Source: Acidobacteriota bacterium
Lineage (GTDB): Bacteria > Acidobacteriota > UBA6911
Direction: 5' to 3'
Length of the DNA: 64,000 nt
Assembly (NCBI GenBank): GCA_037444305.1
Contig: JBBIMP010000023.1
Span: forward strand, 2,798-66,797
The position numbers were made by a program, and so were the translations under genes. How positions within the stretch are numbered: the first letter of the stretch is position 1; every line of letters begins with the position of its first letter. Shown here piece by piece: positions 1-10,162 of the stretch. The notes beneath the pieces are model-generated. The model searched no databases. It was not told the origin of the DNA and saw only the letters and a list, made by a program, of their open reading frames with translations.

Positions 1-545
1 GTATCCACAACCTCTACGTCACGAGCGCCGCGGACAATGCCTGGACGCCTTACATATTCGTTCACGAGTTCGGTCACCACCTGGCAGGACTCGCCGACGA
101 GTACTATTCCTCGGCCGTGGCCTATGAGAGCTCCGCCGAACGCCCCGAACCCTGGGAACCGAACGTCACCGCCGACTCCTCCGGCACCCGCTGGCGGGAC
201 ATGATCGCAGCCGACACGCCCCTGCCCACCCCGTGGCCGAAGGCCGCGTTCGAGTCGCTGCAGAAGGAGATCCAGAAACGACGGCGCGACCTGCGCGCCA
301 ACCGCCGCCCAGAATCGGAGATGGAGGCCCTTTTCCTCGAAGAGCAGAAGCGCAGCACCAGCCTTTTCCAGGCGGCGCCGCACGCCGCCAAGGTGGGCGC
401 ATTCGAGGGGGCCATGTACGAAGCCACCGGCTACTACCGCCCGCAGCAGGACTGCATCATGTTCAGCCGCAATGAGGTGGGTTTCTGTGCCGTCTGCAGG
501 CGCGCCATCGAGCGGGTCATAGACCTGTACACGGCTCCCCGCTGA
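1..545 (+). CDS. Peptidase M64 (IgA-peptidase M64 family) zinc metalloprotease, C-terminal part; 5' end lies outside the window
   Basis: The reading frame is open from position 3. The HEFGHHLAGLADEYY zincin motif is at nt 48-92, and the frame continues into the listed ORF 117..545. Confidence 0.6.
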   Translation, partial: IHNLYVTSAADNAWTPYIFVHEFGHHLAGLADEYYSSAVAYESSAERPEPWEPNVTADSSGTRWRDMIAADTPLPTPWPKAAFESLQKEIQKRRRDLRANRRPESEMEALFLEEQKRSTSLFQAAPHAAKVGAFEGAMYEATGYYRPQQDCIMFSRNEVGFCAVCRRAIERVIDLYTAPR

Positions 546-587
546 GGTGAGGAGGGCGCTTGCGCGGCCGGGAACAATAAAAAACTC

Positions 588-615
588 TTGCTTGTCAGGG
601 TTTCGCTCGTATAAT
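588..615 (+). promoter_or_regulatory. Sigma-70-like promoter: TTGCTT, 16-nt spacer, TATAAT, upstream of the PilZ gene
   Basis: -35 at 588-593, -10 at 610-615, about 45 nt before the ATG at 661. Confidence 0.4.
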
Positions 616-660
616 GCCGCAAATCCTAAAGATTCGGCCGCAAAGGCCGAATCAGATTGC

Positions 661-981
661 ATGGAATCACGCAGAGAGCCGAGGTTCAACGTGAACCAGG
701 CCGTAGAGGTGACGGATCTCGAGCGACGCACGCTCTTTGAGGGCCGCCTGGCCAACCTGTCCGGCGGCGGCGCCCGTCTGCTCGTTGCCCACGAACTCCG
801 CAGGGGCTCCCTGGTAAAGGTCGTCTGGGAAAAGAACCTGCTCCTGGGGGAGGTGATCTACTGCTCGCCCGAGGGCGGGGATTTCGCTGTGGGCATCCAG
901 CTCGAAGACACCCTGTTCGACTACGGCGCCCTATTTTCCGCGCACGAACACGAAAAGGACGCAGAACCGACTGAAGGTTAG
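661..981 (+). CDS. PilZ-domain (c-di-GMP binding) protein
   Basis: RREPRFNVNQAVEVTD ... LANLSGGGARLLVAHELRRGSLVKVV fits the PilZ RxxxR / DxSxGG signature. I take the internal ATG at 661 within ORF 547..981, downstream of the promoter. Confidence 0.6.
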   Translation: MESRREPRFNVNQAVEVTDLERRTLFEGRLANLSGGGARLLVAHELRRGSLVKVVWEKNLLLGEVIYCSPEGGDFAVGIQLEDTLFDYGALFSAHEHEKDAEPTEG

Positions 982-1022
982 GCTCTCGGCAAACTGATTC
1001 GCGTCTCCCTGCAAGCACCCTG

Positions 1023-2555
1023 TCAGTATTGGGACTCCCGCGGCGAGGCCCGCAACGCCCTTTCGAAAGCCCACGAGCGGATGTGATCCACCTGCTCCCT
1101 CATGGTCCGCGACAGTGGTATCACGCCCAGGGCCGCCCTGTGCAGGTCTTCGAACTTGAGCGGCCGGTTCTCCAACCGGACCGCAGTGATCGCGGAAACG
1201 ACGCACTGCTCGATCTCCGCCCCGGTCCAGGCCTGCGTGATGCGCCGCAGCCGGTCGAGCTGCAGGCTTTCCGGATCGAGGCCGCGCTTCTGCAGATGAA
1301 TGCGGAAGATCTCCACCCGTTCCTCTTCCCCGGGCAGGTCGATGAAGAAGACCTCGTCGAAACGGCCTTTGCGGATCATCTCCGCGGGCAGCAGGTCGAT
1401 GCGGTTCGCCGTCGCGGCCACGAACAGCCCCCGTGTCTTCTCCTGCATCCACGTCAGGAAGAACGCGAAAATCCTTCCCATGCTGGTCGCAGCCTCGGCG
1501 GCCTGGCCTGTCAGCCCCATCTCGATCTCGTCGAACCAGACCACGGCCGGGGCGAGAACCTCCACAGCCCGGCAGGCTTCAGCGAAAGCCGCATCCGGGT
1601 TGCCGTGCCGCCCGGAAAACACCTCGATCATGTCGATCCGGTAAAGCGGCAGACCGAAACAGGACGCCACCGCCTTCACCGACAGGCTCTTGCCGCACCC
1701 CGAGACACCCATGACGAGCAGCCCCTTGGGCACGATCTCGGCTGCGAGACTGTCGCGCTCCATGAAGAGCTTCCGCCTCTCGATCAGCCACTTCTTCAGG
1801 GATTCGAGCCCCCCGACGTGGTCGATCGTCGTGCCGTCGGCCACGAACTGGACGAGCCCCGACTTGTTGACGACCAGCTTTTTCTCTTCCTGGAGCATAG
1901 GCACGGAATCGGGTCCGAGCCCCTTGCCGGCCGCAATGACCCGCTGCAGGGCGTGCCGCGCCTCGTCAAGAGTCATCCCCTGGAGAGCCCGCGCGATCTG
2001 AAAGACCGAATCCTCGCTCCGGTCAATCCCCGGATTCTGGCCGGCCAGGCCGCCGAGCTCCGCTGCCAAAAAGGCGCTGAGTTCTCTCAGGTCCGGCCGC
2101 TCAAGTTCGACGAAAGCCATCGGGTGAGCCAGCTCCCCGGGAATCACGCGCCGGGGCGCGCTGATGACGACGAAGCTGCCGCTGTCGGCGCACACCCGGT
2201 AGAGATCCCTCAGCCTGCGCCGCACATCCGCCGAGTCGCCGATGAACTCGTGAAAGTCCCGCAGCTGGAATATCCCCGGCTCGCCGTGATCCCTGATGAA
2301 ATCGAGGACCGCCGCGGGGCTGCGCGTTTCTTCGCTCTCCTTCGCCCTGCCGTCGGGACCCGTCAAGCCGCCGGTTGAAGTCCAGGTCCACACTACCGGC
2401 CCTTCGCCCACGATCCCCTCCGCGGCCTGCTGCAGCAGCCGCTTCACGCGTTCCTCTTCGGGGGAACAGATGTAGATCAGCGGCCGTTTCCCCTCCAGCA
2501 GTGCACGCAGGGTGCCGACCGCCCGGCCGCCGGATGTCTCGCCTGTGTTTGCCAT
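1023..2555 (-). CDS. AAA+ family ATPase with an FtsH/CDC48-type AAA domain and no protease domain
   Basis: Walker A GVSGCGKS, Walker B VVWFDEIE, and a second region of homology (IRKGRFDEVFFIDLP) within a 510-aa ORF. Confidence 0.8.
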   Translation of the reverse strand: MANTGETSGGRAVGTLRALLEGKRPLIYICSPEEERVKRLLQQAAEGIVGEGPVVWTWTSTGGLTGPDGRAKESEETRSPAAVLDFIRDHGEPGIFQLRDFHEFIGDSADVRRRLRDLYRVCADSGSFVVISAPRRVIPGELAHPMAFVELERPDLRELSAFLAAELGGLAGQNPGIDRSEDSVFQIARALQGMTLDEARHALQRVIAAGKGLGPDSVPMLQEEKKLVVNKSGLVQFVADGTTIDHVGGLESLKKWLIERRKLFMERDSLAAEIVPKGLLVMGVSGCGKSLSVKAVASCFGLPLYRIDMIEVFSGRHGNPDAAFAEACRAVEVLAPAVVWFDEIEMGLTGQAAEAATSMGRIFAFFLTWMQEKTRGLFVAATANRIDLLPAEMIRKGRFDEVFFIDLPGEEERVEIFRIHLQKRGLDPESLQLDRLRRITQAWTGAEIEQCVVSAITAVRLENRPLKFEDLHRAALGVIPLSRTMREQVDHIRSWAFERALRASPRESQY

Positions 2556-2728
2556 CGTTTGTTCGCTCCTGTCCAGGGATGAAATCTAACACAAATTCCG
2601 CCGCGCACCGGTATTTGCAGGGCCGTAACCCGAATCACGGCTGGAGATGGGCTTTCACTGTTCAGCAGCGGGATCCCGGCGATGAAAACCCGTTTTGCCT
2701 CCGGGGAACACTCTGGAGCGTACTCGGT

Positions 2729-3592
2729 TTATCGGGCACGGCTGCGGCGAGAGCAGTGGTAGAGGACGATGGCGGCCGCCGCCGCGACGTTGAGGGAATC
2801 GACCTCCCGCTGCATCGGGATTGCAATCCGAGCGTCGCATACGGAAAGCATTTCGGCGCTCAGCCCGCGCGCCTCGTTGCCGAACAGAAGCACTTCCCTG
2901 CCAGCCGGTTTCCACCCGTCGAGTTCCTGCGCGCGCTCATCGGCCACCGTTCCCACCAGTTGCCAGCCGTTCCCTGCTCTCAGCTTTTCGAGATCCCCGG
3001 CGAGGTCGGCGCATTCCCGGATCGGCAGGTGGAGCGCATTGCCCATGGAAACCCGCAAAATTCTGCGCGAAAAGGGATCGGGGCAGCCCGACCCGATCAG
3101 CAACCCGCCCACGCCGAAGGCCGCGCTCAAGCGGATGATGGCCCCGATGTTTTCCGGATCATCCACCCTCTCGCAGGCTGCGAGAAGCCCTCTCGATCTG
3201 CCCGCGCGCGCCATTTCCTCGAGAGACGGCTGCTCCTTCCGGCGCCCGCAGGCCATGATTCCCGCGTGGAATGCGAAACCGGTGAGGGTTGAGACGGATT
3301 GGTGCGGAATCACGTACCAGTCGAGCCCGGGTCGCAGCAGCGATGCGAACCGCGGCTCCTTGCGGTCGCTCACCATCACCGACACAACCTCAAAGTCGCT
3401 CTCCAGGAGCCGGTGCACGACCTTGTCACCCTCCGCGATGAAGAGACCGGCCTTGCGATCCAGCTTCGCCTGCTTGAGATCGCGGTAGGCATCCAGTCTC
3501 GGATCTTCGATCGAATCCAGCTCGATCCTCGCCACGCACCCTCCCCCGACTGCGAATCCGCAAAACCTATCCCGCATGCCGAATATGCGCAA
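2729..3592 (-). CDS. TrmH/SpoU-family RNA 2'-O-methyltransferase
   Basis: SpoU motifs DPENIGAIIRLSAAFGV, GNEARGLS and SLNVAAAAAIVLY. The true start is uncertain (a GTG near 3535 is possible). Confidence 0.7.
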   Translation of the reverse strand: MRIFGMRDRFCGFAVGGGCVARIELDSIEDPRLDAYRDLKQAKLDRKAGLFIAEGDKVVHRLLESDFEVVSVMVSDRKEPRFASLLRPGLDWYVIPHQSVSTLTGFAFHAGIMACGRRKEQPSLEEMARAGRSRGLLAACERVDDPENIGAIIRLSAAFGVGGLLIGSGCPDPFSRRILRVSMGNALHLPIRECADLAGDLEKLRAGNGWQLVGTVADERAQELDGWKPAGREVLLFGNEARGLSAEMLSVCDARIAIPMQREVDSLNVAAAAAIVLYHCSRRSRAR

Positions 3593-3921
3593 GCGGCAAC
3601 GGCGCCACTCTACCGTGTCTGCGAGTTATGACTTCCGGCCGGGCGCCCGCGGAGCCCGGAGCGCCAGCGACGGGTTGTCTGGCTTGAGTGGGCAACCCGA
3701 CCGCTCGCTGCCGCTCGCGGCTCCGTTTCCCCCGTGTCTTCAATACGGCTTTCCTTGGTTGCTGCCGCGGTGCGCTGCCCCCGAATTCATTGCGCTGTTC
3801 AGGGCGATCTTAACCCGGTATAGTGAAAAAGACAGGTCGAAATCCCGGGTGAACGCGAGGCGGACTCGCCGCCATCATGGACGCGCGCGCGATCGACCGC
3901 CGGGTCGCGCTCAATTGGCGT

Positions 3922-3950
3922 TTGACAATCAGCTATGTAAGTGATAAATA
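3922..3950 (+). promoter_or_regulatory. Sigma-70-like promoter: TTGACA, 17-nt spacer, TAAATA (with an upstream TG)
   Basis: -35 at 3922-3927, -10 at 3945-3950, followed by the RBS AAAGGAG and the ATG at 3989. Confidence 0.45.
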
Positions 3951-3988
3951 ACGTATTCACATAGGTTTACTAGACAAAAGGAGACAAT

Positions 3989-4291
3989 ATGGCAGAGGGA
4001 GCTGGAACTGGTGAGAAAGCGTTGTACTTCGTTCTTGGTGCATTTGTCGGTGCCGCCACCGCGCTCCTCCTGGCGCCCCGAAGCGGCGAGGAGACCCGGC
4101 AGTTGATCGTCTCCAAGGCCCGGGAGGGTGCCGACTACGTCTCGAACCGAAGCCGTGAGTTCACGGAGCGAACCTCCGGGATCATCGACCGGGGCAAAGA
4201 GCTGATACAGAGTCAGAGAGATCAGCTGACCGCTGCCCTGGAGGCCGGCAAGCAGGCGTACAAAGAAGAGAAGGACAAAGCAAAGGCATAG
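3989..4291 (+). CDS. YtxH-like protein (DUF948-associated)
   Basis: GAFVGAATALLLAPRSGEETRQ matches the YtxH signature. A strong RBS (AAAGGAGACAATATG) precedes the start. Confidence 0.55.
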   Translation: MAEGAGTGEKALYFVLGAFVGAATALLLAPRSGEETRQLIVSKAREGADYVSNRSREFTERTSGIIDRGKELIQSQRDQLTAALEAGKQAYKEEKDKAKA

Positions 4292-4297
4292 ACCCCC

Positions 4298-4810
4298 GTG
4301 GATACATTATTGACGGTCTTCATTGGAGTCGTAGCCGTAGCGGTTCTTCTTCAGGCTCTGGCCTATGTGGGCATATACCGCAGCCTGCGGAGGATTGCCG
4401 ACCGGAGCGAGAGCGTGAGCCGCGAACTCATGGCTCACGTCAACCTCCTTTCCGACAAGACGGACAGCGTGGTCGCCGTCCTGAAGGGAACTATAGAAGA
4501 GACGCAGGCGATCCGCAGCAACGTGACTGAGATCTGCAGGGTGGTCAGGGACAGGATCGTCCACATAGACGCATTTCTTCAGGAGGCCACCGACTCCGGG
4601 CGGCTTCAGATCGCCAGGATTCAGGACACGGTGGACACGGCCACCCGGAGGGTGGAGGACACGGTTGAAATCCTCCACAGCACGGTTCTCAAACCCGTGA
4701 GCGAAATTAGCGCCCTCGTCAACGGATTCAAGGTTGGGCTGGATGTATTCCTCCGGAGAAAGAAGGGTCCGGCCCGAAGGCCTTTCCAGGACGAGGAAAT
4801 GTTCATCTAG
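4298..4810 (+). CDS. Membrane-anchored coiled-coil protein, DUF948-like
   Basis: An N-terminal TM helix is followed by a long helical region. It starts 6 nt after the ytxH-like stop, probably from a GTG. Confidence 0.45.
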   Translation: MDTLLTVFIGVVAVAVLLQALAYVGIYRSLRRIADRSESVSRELMAHVNLLSDKTDSVVAVLKGTIEETQAIRSNVTEICRVVRDRIVHIDAFLQEATDSGRLQIARIQDTVDTATRRVEDTVEILHSTVLKPVSEISALVNGFKVGLDVFLRRKKGPARRPFQDEEMFI

Positions 4811-5007
4811 GTGCTCCGCCCGCCGCGCACTCCGTCCCCGCCGAGCCCCGGGACCGCGCTTTCAGGCGGTTTCACGAATCTTCCGGGGCTTGCAGGGTAT
4901 AGTCCCATCCTAACCACCTTCGCCGCATTTCCTCCTGCGCATCATCCTCCCCTCCAGCGAAGCCCCGGCTTGTTACCTCGAGCCGCCGCTGGCAGCAGAC
5001 CTGCACG

Positions 5008-6006
5008 ATGATCACCCTCGTTTTCCTGGCTGTCCTCCTGATCCCGGTTGGCGCCGTTGCGGGCATACTGTTCCTGGTTTTCCCCCGCAGGCGCCGGGCG
5101 GTTCTTCGCAGGTCGGCGCTCGCTTATGCATTCCTGGTTCCGGCGCTGCTCTTCGGAGTCGGCCCATGGCTGGCCGCCCGCGCCCTCACTCATGCGGGCA
5201 CGCGCCCGATGGACAGGGTACTGACAGACAGTCCCTCGGCCTACGGCGTGCCCCAGGAAGACATCGAATTCCGCGCCCTGGATGCGGTGCGCCTGAGCGG
5301 GTGGTTCGTCGAACCGTCGGGAAAAAAGCCGGTCCTGGTCTGCACCCACGGGCTGTTCCGCAACCGCGTCGAAGTGCTTGCCCGCATTATGCCGCTCTGC
5401 CGCCAGGGCTATGGCGCCCTCCTCTACGATTCGAGGTCCCACGGTGCCAGCGAGAGAGCGATGGTGTCGCTCGGCTATCACGAAAAAAACGACGTGCTGG
5501 GCGCGGTTCGATATGTTGAGCAGCGGTACCCGGATCCGCTCCTGAGGCCCGGGGTCGTGCTTTTCGGCGTGTCGATGGGAGCGGTGGCTGCGCTCCAGGC
5601 GGCTGCTCAGTCGCACAGTTACGCGGGACTGATCCTCGACAGCCCTTTCTCCAGTCTGGAGCGGACCGTTGCGGACCACTCCTGGCTCTTTCTCAAACTG
5701 CCACGGTTCCCGTTCGTGAATCTCTTCCTGTTCTGGTTCGGGAAGATGGCGACAATCGGCGGAGGCTTCCTCGATTCGGAGGCGGCGATGGCCCGGGTGC
5801 AGCCGGTGCCGCTTCTTCTGATTGCCAGCGAGGGGGACGCGCGGATACCGGCGAGCGTTGCGCAGTCGCTGTACGATGCATCAATCTCGCCGCGGAAGGA
5901 ACTGAAGGTCTTCGGGAAGGACGTCCCGCACGGCGCCGCCTCGCGCCTGCACCCGGAGGAGTACACACGTCTTCTGGAAGACTTCCTCGCTGATTTGGGC
6001 CCATGA
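5008..6006 (+). CDS. Alpha/beta hydrolase with an N-terminal TM segment
   Basis: GVSMG nucleophile elbow (GxSxG), an HG oxyanion region (CTHGLF), and a C-terminal Asp/His region. Confidence 0.75.
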   Translation: MITLVFLAVLLIPVGAVAGILFLVFPRRRRAVLRRSALAYAFLVPALLFGVGPWLAARALTHAGTRPMDRVLTDSPSAYGVPQEDIEFRALDAVRLSGWFVEPSGKKPVLVCTHGLFRNRVEVLARIMPLCRQGYGALLYDSRSHGASERAMVSLGYHEKNDVLGAVRYVEQRYPDPLLRPGVVLFGVSMGAVAALQAAAQSHSYAGLILDSPFSSLERTVADHSWLFLKLPRFPFVNLFLFWFGKMATIGGGFLDSEAAMARVQPVPLLLIASEGDARIPASVAQSLYDASISPRKELKVFGKDVPHGAASRLHPEEYTRLLEDFLADLGP

Positions 6007-6228
6007 CAAATTAAGGATTTACATTGCGCTGTGCCGGCCTTTGACAGGGTTATGCTCGTTGGCGTCAACCCTATAAGCATTTTCCACTGGTGAGCACAAG
6101 GGATATGCGGAGAGGCGGCAAGGGAGACCGGGCGAGCCCTTTGGGTCGGCCGTTCAGCAGCGCACAAGGCTCGCCCAATAATAGCCTGGCCTTGCGGTGA
6201 GAGCCTTTGGAAACGGTAAGGATCGGTA

Positions 6229-7230
6229 TTATGTCCCCTTGTTTATGCTCCACCGCAGGAGGAGGCTGCCGGCGGTAAAGCCGGCGCCGAACGTGGCCAT
6301 GAGGACAAGGTCCCCCGGGGCCAGCTGACGGTTGTCATGCGCCTCCGACAGACCGATGGGAATTGTGGCCGCGGTGGTGTTGGCGTAGCGGTCGATGTTG
6401 CGGACGACCCTGCTCTCCGCCAGGCCCAGGCGCTCCGAGGCTGCATCCACGATCCGCAGGTTGGCCTGGTGCGGGACGTAGAGCGCCAGGTCTCCGGCAG
6501 AAACGCCGTTGCGCTCGAGGATTTCCGCGGATATGTCCGCCATGCCCTGCACGGCGGCCTTGAACACCGCGCGCCCGTCCTGGTGCACGAAGTGCATGCC
6601 CTTATCCACGGTTTCCCTCGTGGCCGGATTCCGGCTCCCCCCGGCCGGCATGTACAGATACTTCCCGCCGGATCCGTCGCAGCGGAGGATGAAGTCGAGT
6701 ATGCCCTCCTCGCCGGGACCGGTCGGCTCCAGCAGGACGGCGCCGGCCCCGTCGCCGAAGAGAACGTACGTGTTCCGGTCCGTCGGGTTCAGGATCGAGG
6801 TCATGACGTCGGCGCCCACCACGAGAACCCTCCTGTGGGCGCCCGAGTGGATGAACTGCGCTCCCGTGGCCAGCGCGTAGACGAATCCCGCGCAGGCGCC
6901 GGACAGGTCGAAGCCCCACGCTTTCCCGGCGCCGATCCGGTCCTGGAGTATGCAGGCGGTGGACGGGAAAAACATGTCGGGGGTGACCGTGGCCACTATG
7001 ATGCAGTCGATGTCCGAGGCGTCGATCCCCCGCCGGGCGAGAAGCCTCTCGGCGGCGACCGCTGCCAGGTCGGACGTGGCGGCGCCATTCTCCACGACGT
7101 AGCGCTGGCTTATCCCCGTGCGCGTCCGGATCCACTCATCCGAGGTGTCAAGAGTCTTCTCCAGGTCGAAATTCGTGACGGTCCTTTCGGGCACGTAATG
7201 GGCGACCGCCGTGATCTTGGCTTTGTACAA
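6229..7230 (-). CDS. fabH: 3-oxoacyl-ACP synthase III (KAS III)
   Basis: AWGFDLSGACAGFVYAL active-site Cys region, plus HQANLRI and GDLVLMATFGAGFTAGS. I place the start at a TTG with GGAGG 7 nt upstream (within ORF 6229..7338). Confidence 0.85.
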   Translation of the reverse strand: MYKAKITAVAHYVPERTVTNFDLEKTLDTSDEWIRTRTGISQRYVVENGAATSDLAAVAAERLLARRGIDASDIDCIIVATVTPDMFFPSTACILQDRIGAGKAWGFDLSGACAGFVYALATGAQFIHSGAHRRVLVVGADVMTSILNPTDRNTYVLFGDGAGAVLLEPTGPGEEGILDFILRCDGSGGKYLYMPAGGSRNPATRETVDKGMHFVHQDGRAVFKAAVQGMADISAEILERNGVSAGDLALYVPHQANLRIVDAASERLGLAESRVVRNIDRYANTTAATIPIGLSEAHDNRQLAPGDLVLMATFGAGFTAGSLLLRWSINKGT

Positions 7231-7369
7231 ACATCTACCTCCGTCATTAGATTTCCTGAAACCCGGCTCAAGGAAAACTTGAAGGTTCCCACCGGCAGGC
7301 GCCCGCGTCAAGGGGCAGAGTGATCCCGGGCGGTCCATCCGGGAGGGGATTGAGAGAGGTTTTCTGCGG

Positions 7370-8890
7370 TCACCCGGCCGTGATCTTCGCGTCGATGCGA
7401 TCGAGCAGTTCGCGGCTCCTGGCGGAAAGTTCGGTCGTCTCGGCCCGGCAGGCAGCGGCGAACCCGCCGTCTGCGAGTCCCGGCAGGTTTATCAGAACAT
7501 TGTACTCGGCCCCTTTCACCGCCGCAAAGGCCATCTGTGCTCCCACGCCGGCATCGCTGCGGGCGTTGGGATTGCCGATCTCCACCAGGATTCCGAGCTG
7601 CTCGAGAGCCGATGCGGCGGTCCTCGCCGTTCGCAATGGCGTCTCCGTGGCCCGTCGCGTAGCCCGCGCCAGCGCCTCTTCGCGCGTTCGCCGTTCCGCG
7701 TCGTTCCCCTTCGGGAGCTTCACAGCGGCCATGACCTCTTCGTATGCCGCCGCGTCTTCCCTGACGAGCTGCCGGAGGGTTTCGCCGAGGGTCGCAAGCC
7801 GCTCGCGGATCTCGACCACGCGCGCCTCCACGGCTTCGAACTTCTTCCTGCCCGCCGTCAGGCCCGCAACCATGCAGCCCAGCGCCGCGGCGAGCGAACC
7901 TGCCAGCGCGGCGACGCTACCGCCGCCGGGCACTGCCTCGGGGGCGGCCACACCGGCAAGGAATTCCTCCACTCCCGGTTCTTTTGGGAGTGCAACCCTC
8001 AGCCTGTTCTCGAGGATCTGGTTTTCACTGAAGTTTTCTACCCTGAGATAGTAGTGGCTGCAGTCGTCGAGCGCCCTCTGCGGCACAAGGCCGATGATTT
8101 CGCTCGAGGTCACCGAAACCCCGTATCGCCGCGCCTCGCGCTCCACCAGGTCGAAGACCCGGTAGACGGGAGTGGCTTCGTAGTTGGTGAGATTCATCGA
8201 CACCTGGGCCTGGTTCCGTTCCCTGATCTCCATCCCCAGGGCCTTCAGATAGCGAAGGCCTCCCCCGGCGCCCCTGACCGCCCGTGCGATGGCCTGGGCT
8301 ATCCGTACGTCGCGGGTGTTCAGGTAGATGTTATAGGCAATGAGCGGTTTTCGGGCGCCGACAGCGACGGCGCCCGCCGACGGGTGAACCTCGCAGGGAC
8401 CGAAATCGGGCTTGCGCTCCGGCAGTGTGCGTATCTCTTCCCGGATGGCTTCAAACTCACCCCGGCGAACGTAAGCCAGGTCCCGGCGCGCCGGCACCCT
8501 GGCCGACTGCTCGTACAGGTAGACGGGAATCCCGAAGCGGTCGGCGATCTCCTCGCCGGCCCTCACGGACAGCTCGATGCACTCCTGCATGGTGACCCCG
8601 GCGACGGGAACGAAGGGGACCACGTCGGTGGCGCCCATGCGCGGGTGCTCCCCGCGGTGGGTGCGCAGGTCGATCAGTTCCGCCGCCCGGCCCGTAGCCT
8701 CGATCATCCCGCGGGCCACCGCCTCGGGCTCGCCGGCCACTGTGATGACGCACCGGTTGTGGTCCGCATCCATCTCGGTGTCCAGGACGGCCACTCCCCG
8801 TACGGAGGTGAACACCGCCGCCAGCGCTTCCACGACTTCCCTGCGCCGGCCTTCGCTGAAATTGGGAACGCATTCGATAATCTTGTTCAC
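7370..8890 (-). CDS. ftcD: Bifunctional glutamate formimidoyltransferase / formiminotetrahydrofolate cyclodeaminase
   Basis: The N-terminus MNKIIECVPNFSEGRR is a FtcD hallmark, and the C-terminal half is cyclodeaminase-like. Its start overlaps the hutI stop by 4 nt. Confidence 0.85.
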   Translation of the reverse strand: MNKIIECVPNFSEGRRREVVEALAAVFTSVRGVAVLDTEMDADHNRCVITVAGEPEAVARGMIEATGRAAELIDLRTHRGEHPRMGATDVVPFVPVAGVTMQECIELSVRAGEEIADRFGIPVYLYEQSARVPARRDLAYVRRGEFEAIREEIRTLPERKPDFGPCEVHPSAGAVAVGARKPLIAYNIYLNTRDVRIAQAIARAVRGAGGGLRYLKALGMEIRERNQAQVSMNLTNYEATPVYRVFDLVEREARRYGVSVTSSEIIGLVPQRALDDCSHYYLRVENFSENQILENRLRVALPKEPGVEEFLAGVAAPEAVPGGGSVAALAGSLAAALGCMVAGLTAGRKKFEAVEARVVEIRERLATLGETLRQLVREDAAAYEEVMAAVKLPKGNDAERRTREEALARATRRATETPLRTARTAASALEQLGILVEIGNPNARSDAGVGAQMAFAAVKGAEYNVLINLPGLADGGFAAACRAETTELSARSRELLDRIDAKITAG

Positions 8891-10152
8891 GTCTGCTCCA
8901 GTCGGTTGAAGACGATGCTGCCTTTCTTGACGGTCATGACACAGTGGTTGGTGCCGTAAAAGTAGGGGATCTCCCTGTAGTCCGCCACGTTCATCAGGGC
9001 GATGTCGGCCTGCTTCCCCTCCTCCAGGCTCCCCAGCCGGTCCGCGAGCCCGAGCGACCAGGCGCCGTTGATCGTCGCCGCGGTGATGGTCTCCGCGGGC
9101 GACATTTTCATATAGCTGCAGGCAATCGAGAGGATGAGCTGCATGTTGAGGTTATACGAGGAGCCGGGGTTGAAGTCGGTGGCGAGGGCGACGGCAACGC
9201 CGGCATCGATCATCCGGCGGGCCGGCGGGTAGCGCGTCAATCCGAGGTTGAAGGCCGTGCCCGGCAGGAGCAGCGCGACCGTGCCCGAGCGGCGGAGCGC
9301 CTCGATGCCGCTGTCTTCGATCCACTCCAGGTGGTCGGCGCTGGCCGCGCCCAGCTCGGCGGCCATCGCAGCGCTGCCCGTGTAGCCGAGTTCCTCGGCA
9401 TGGATCCGGATGCCCAGCCCGGCATCCTTTGCCGCCTGCAGGATGGCACGCCCCTCCTCGAGCGTGAAATAGCCCGAATCGCAGAAGACGTCACAGTACT
9501 GCGCCAGGCCTTCGGCGGCGACGGCGGGGATCATCTCCTCGATGACGAGCCGGACGTACCCGGCCCGGTTGTCCCGGTACTCGTCCGGAACGGCGTGCGC
9601 GCCCAGCAGCGTGGGCACCACCTCGAGCCGGCTGCGGTGTCGGAGCTGCGCCAGCGCACGCAGCAGTTTCAATTCCTCCTCCAGGCTGAGGCCGTACCCG
9701 CTCTTGGCTTCGATGGTCGTGGTGCCGTGCTCCAGGAAGCTCCGGAAACGGACCTCCGCCCGATCGGCAAGCTGTTCCTGTCCGGCGGCCCTCACCTGCC
9801 GGACGCTCGCCCGTATGCCGCCTCCGGCCTCGGCGATCTCCTGGTAGGTTCTGCCCATCGAGCGCATCTCGTATTCCGCCGCGCGCGTGCCGGCAAATAC
9901 GGGATGGGTGTGCGCATCGACGAACCCGGGGAGGGCCACGAGCTCCAAACCCAGCCCGTCGACCGTCTCGATTGCCGCGGCGGCGCCGTTGTTGGGGATT
10001 TCCTTCGTCGGCCCTACCCACTCGATCCGTTCGCCGCGCACCAGGATGGCGCCGTTCTCGATCACGCCCAGTTCCCGCATATCCGCACCCCGCCGCGGTA
10101 TTGTTCCGTTCCGCAGGGTCAGGACCTGGGCGATGTTCTTGATCAGCAGCAT
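8887..10152 (-). CDS. hutI: Imidazolonepropionase
   Basis: An amidohydrolase with FVDAHTHP, DFNPGSS and a KQADIAL C-terminal region. I take the ATG at 10152 inside ORF 8887..10335. Confidence 0.88.
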   Translation of the reverse strand: MLLIKNIAQVLTLRNGTIPRRGADMRELGVIENGAILVRGERIEWVGPTKEIPNNGAAAAIETVDGLGLELVALPGFVDAHTHPVFAGTRAAEYEMRSMGRTYQEIAEAGGGIRASVRQVRAAGQEQLADRAEVRFRSFLEHGTTTIEAKSGYGLSLEEELKLLRALAQLRHRSRLEVVPTLLGAHAVPDEYRDNRAGYVRLVIEEMIPAVAAEGLAQYCDVFCDSGYFTLEEGRAILQAAKDAGLGIRIHAEELGYTGSAAMAAELGAASADHLEWIEDSGIEALRRSGTVALLLPGTAFNLGLTRYPPARRMIDAGVAVALATDFNPGSSYNLNMQLILSIACSYMKMSPAETITAATINGAWSLGLADRLGSLEEGKQADIALMNVADYREIPYFYGTNHCVMTVKKGSIVFNRLEQT

Positions 10153-10162
10153 GGGCCGCCCC

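Noticed and set aside
6007-6228. Possible ncRNA or tRNA in the 220-bp gap between the hydrolase gene and fabH
   Set aside because: There is no tRNA arm signature, no strong hairpin, and no promoter or terminator pair. The region is most likely just the fabH 3' flank.
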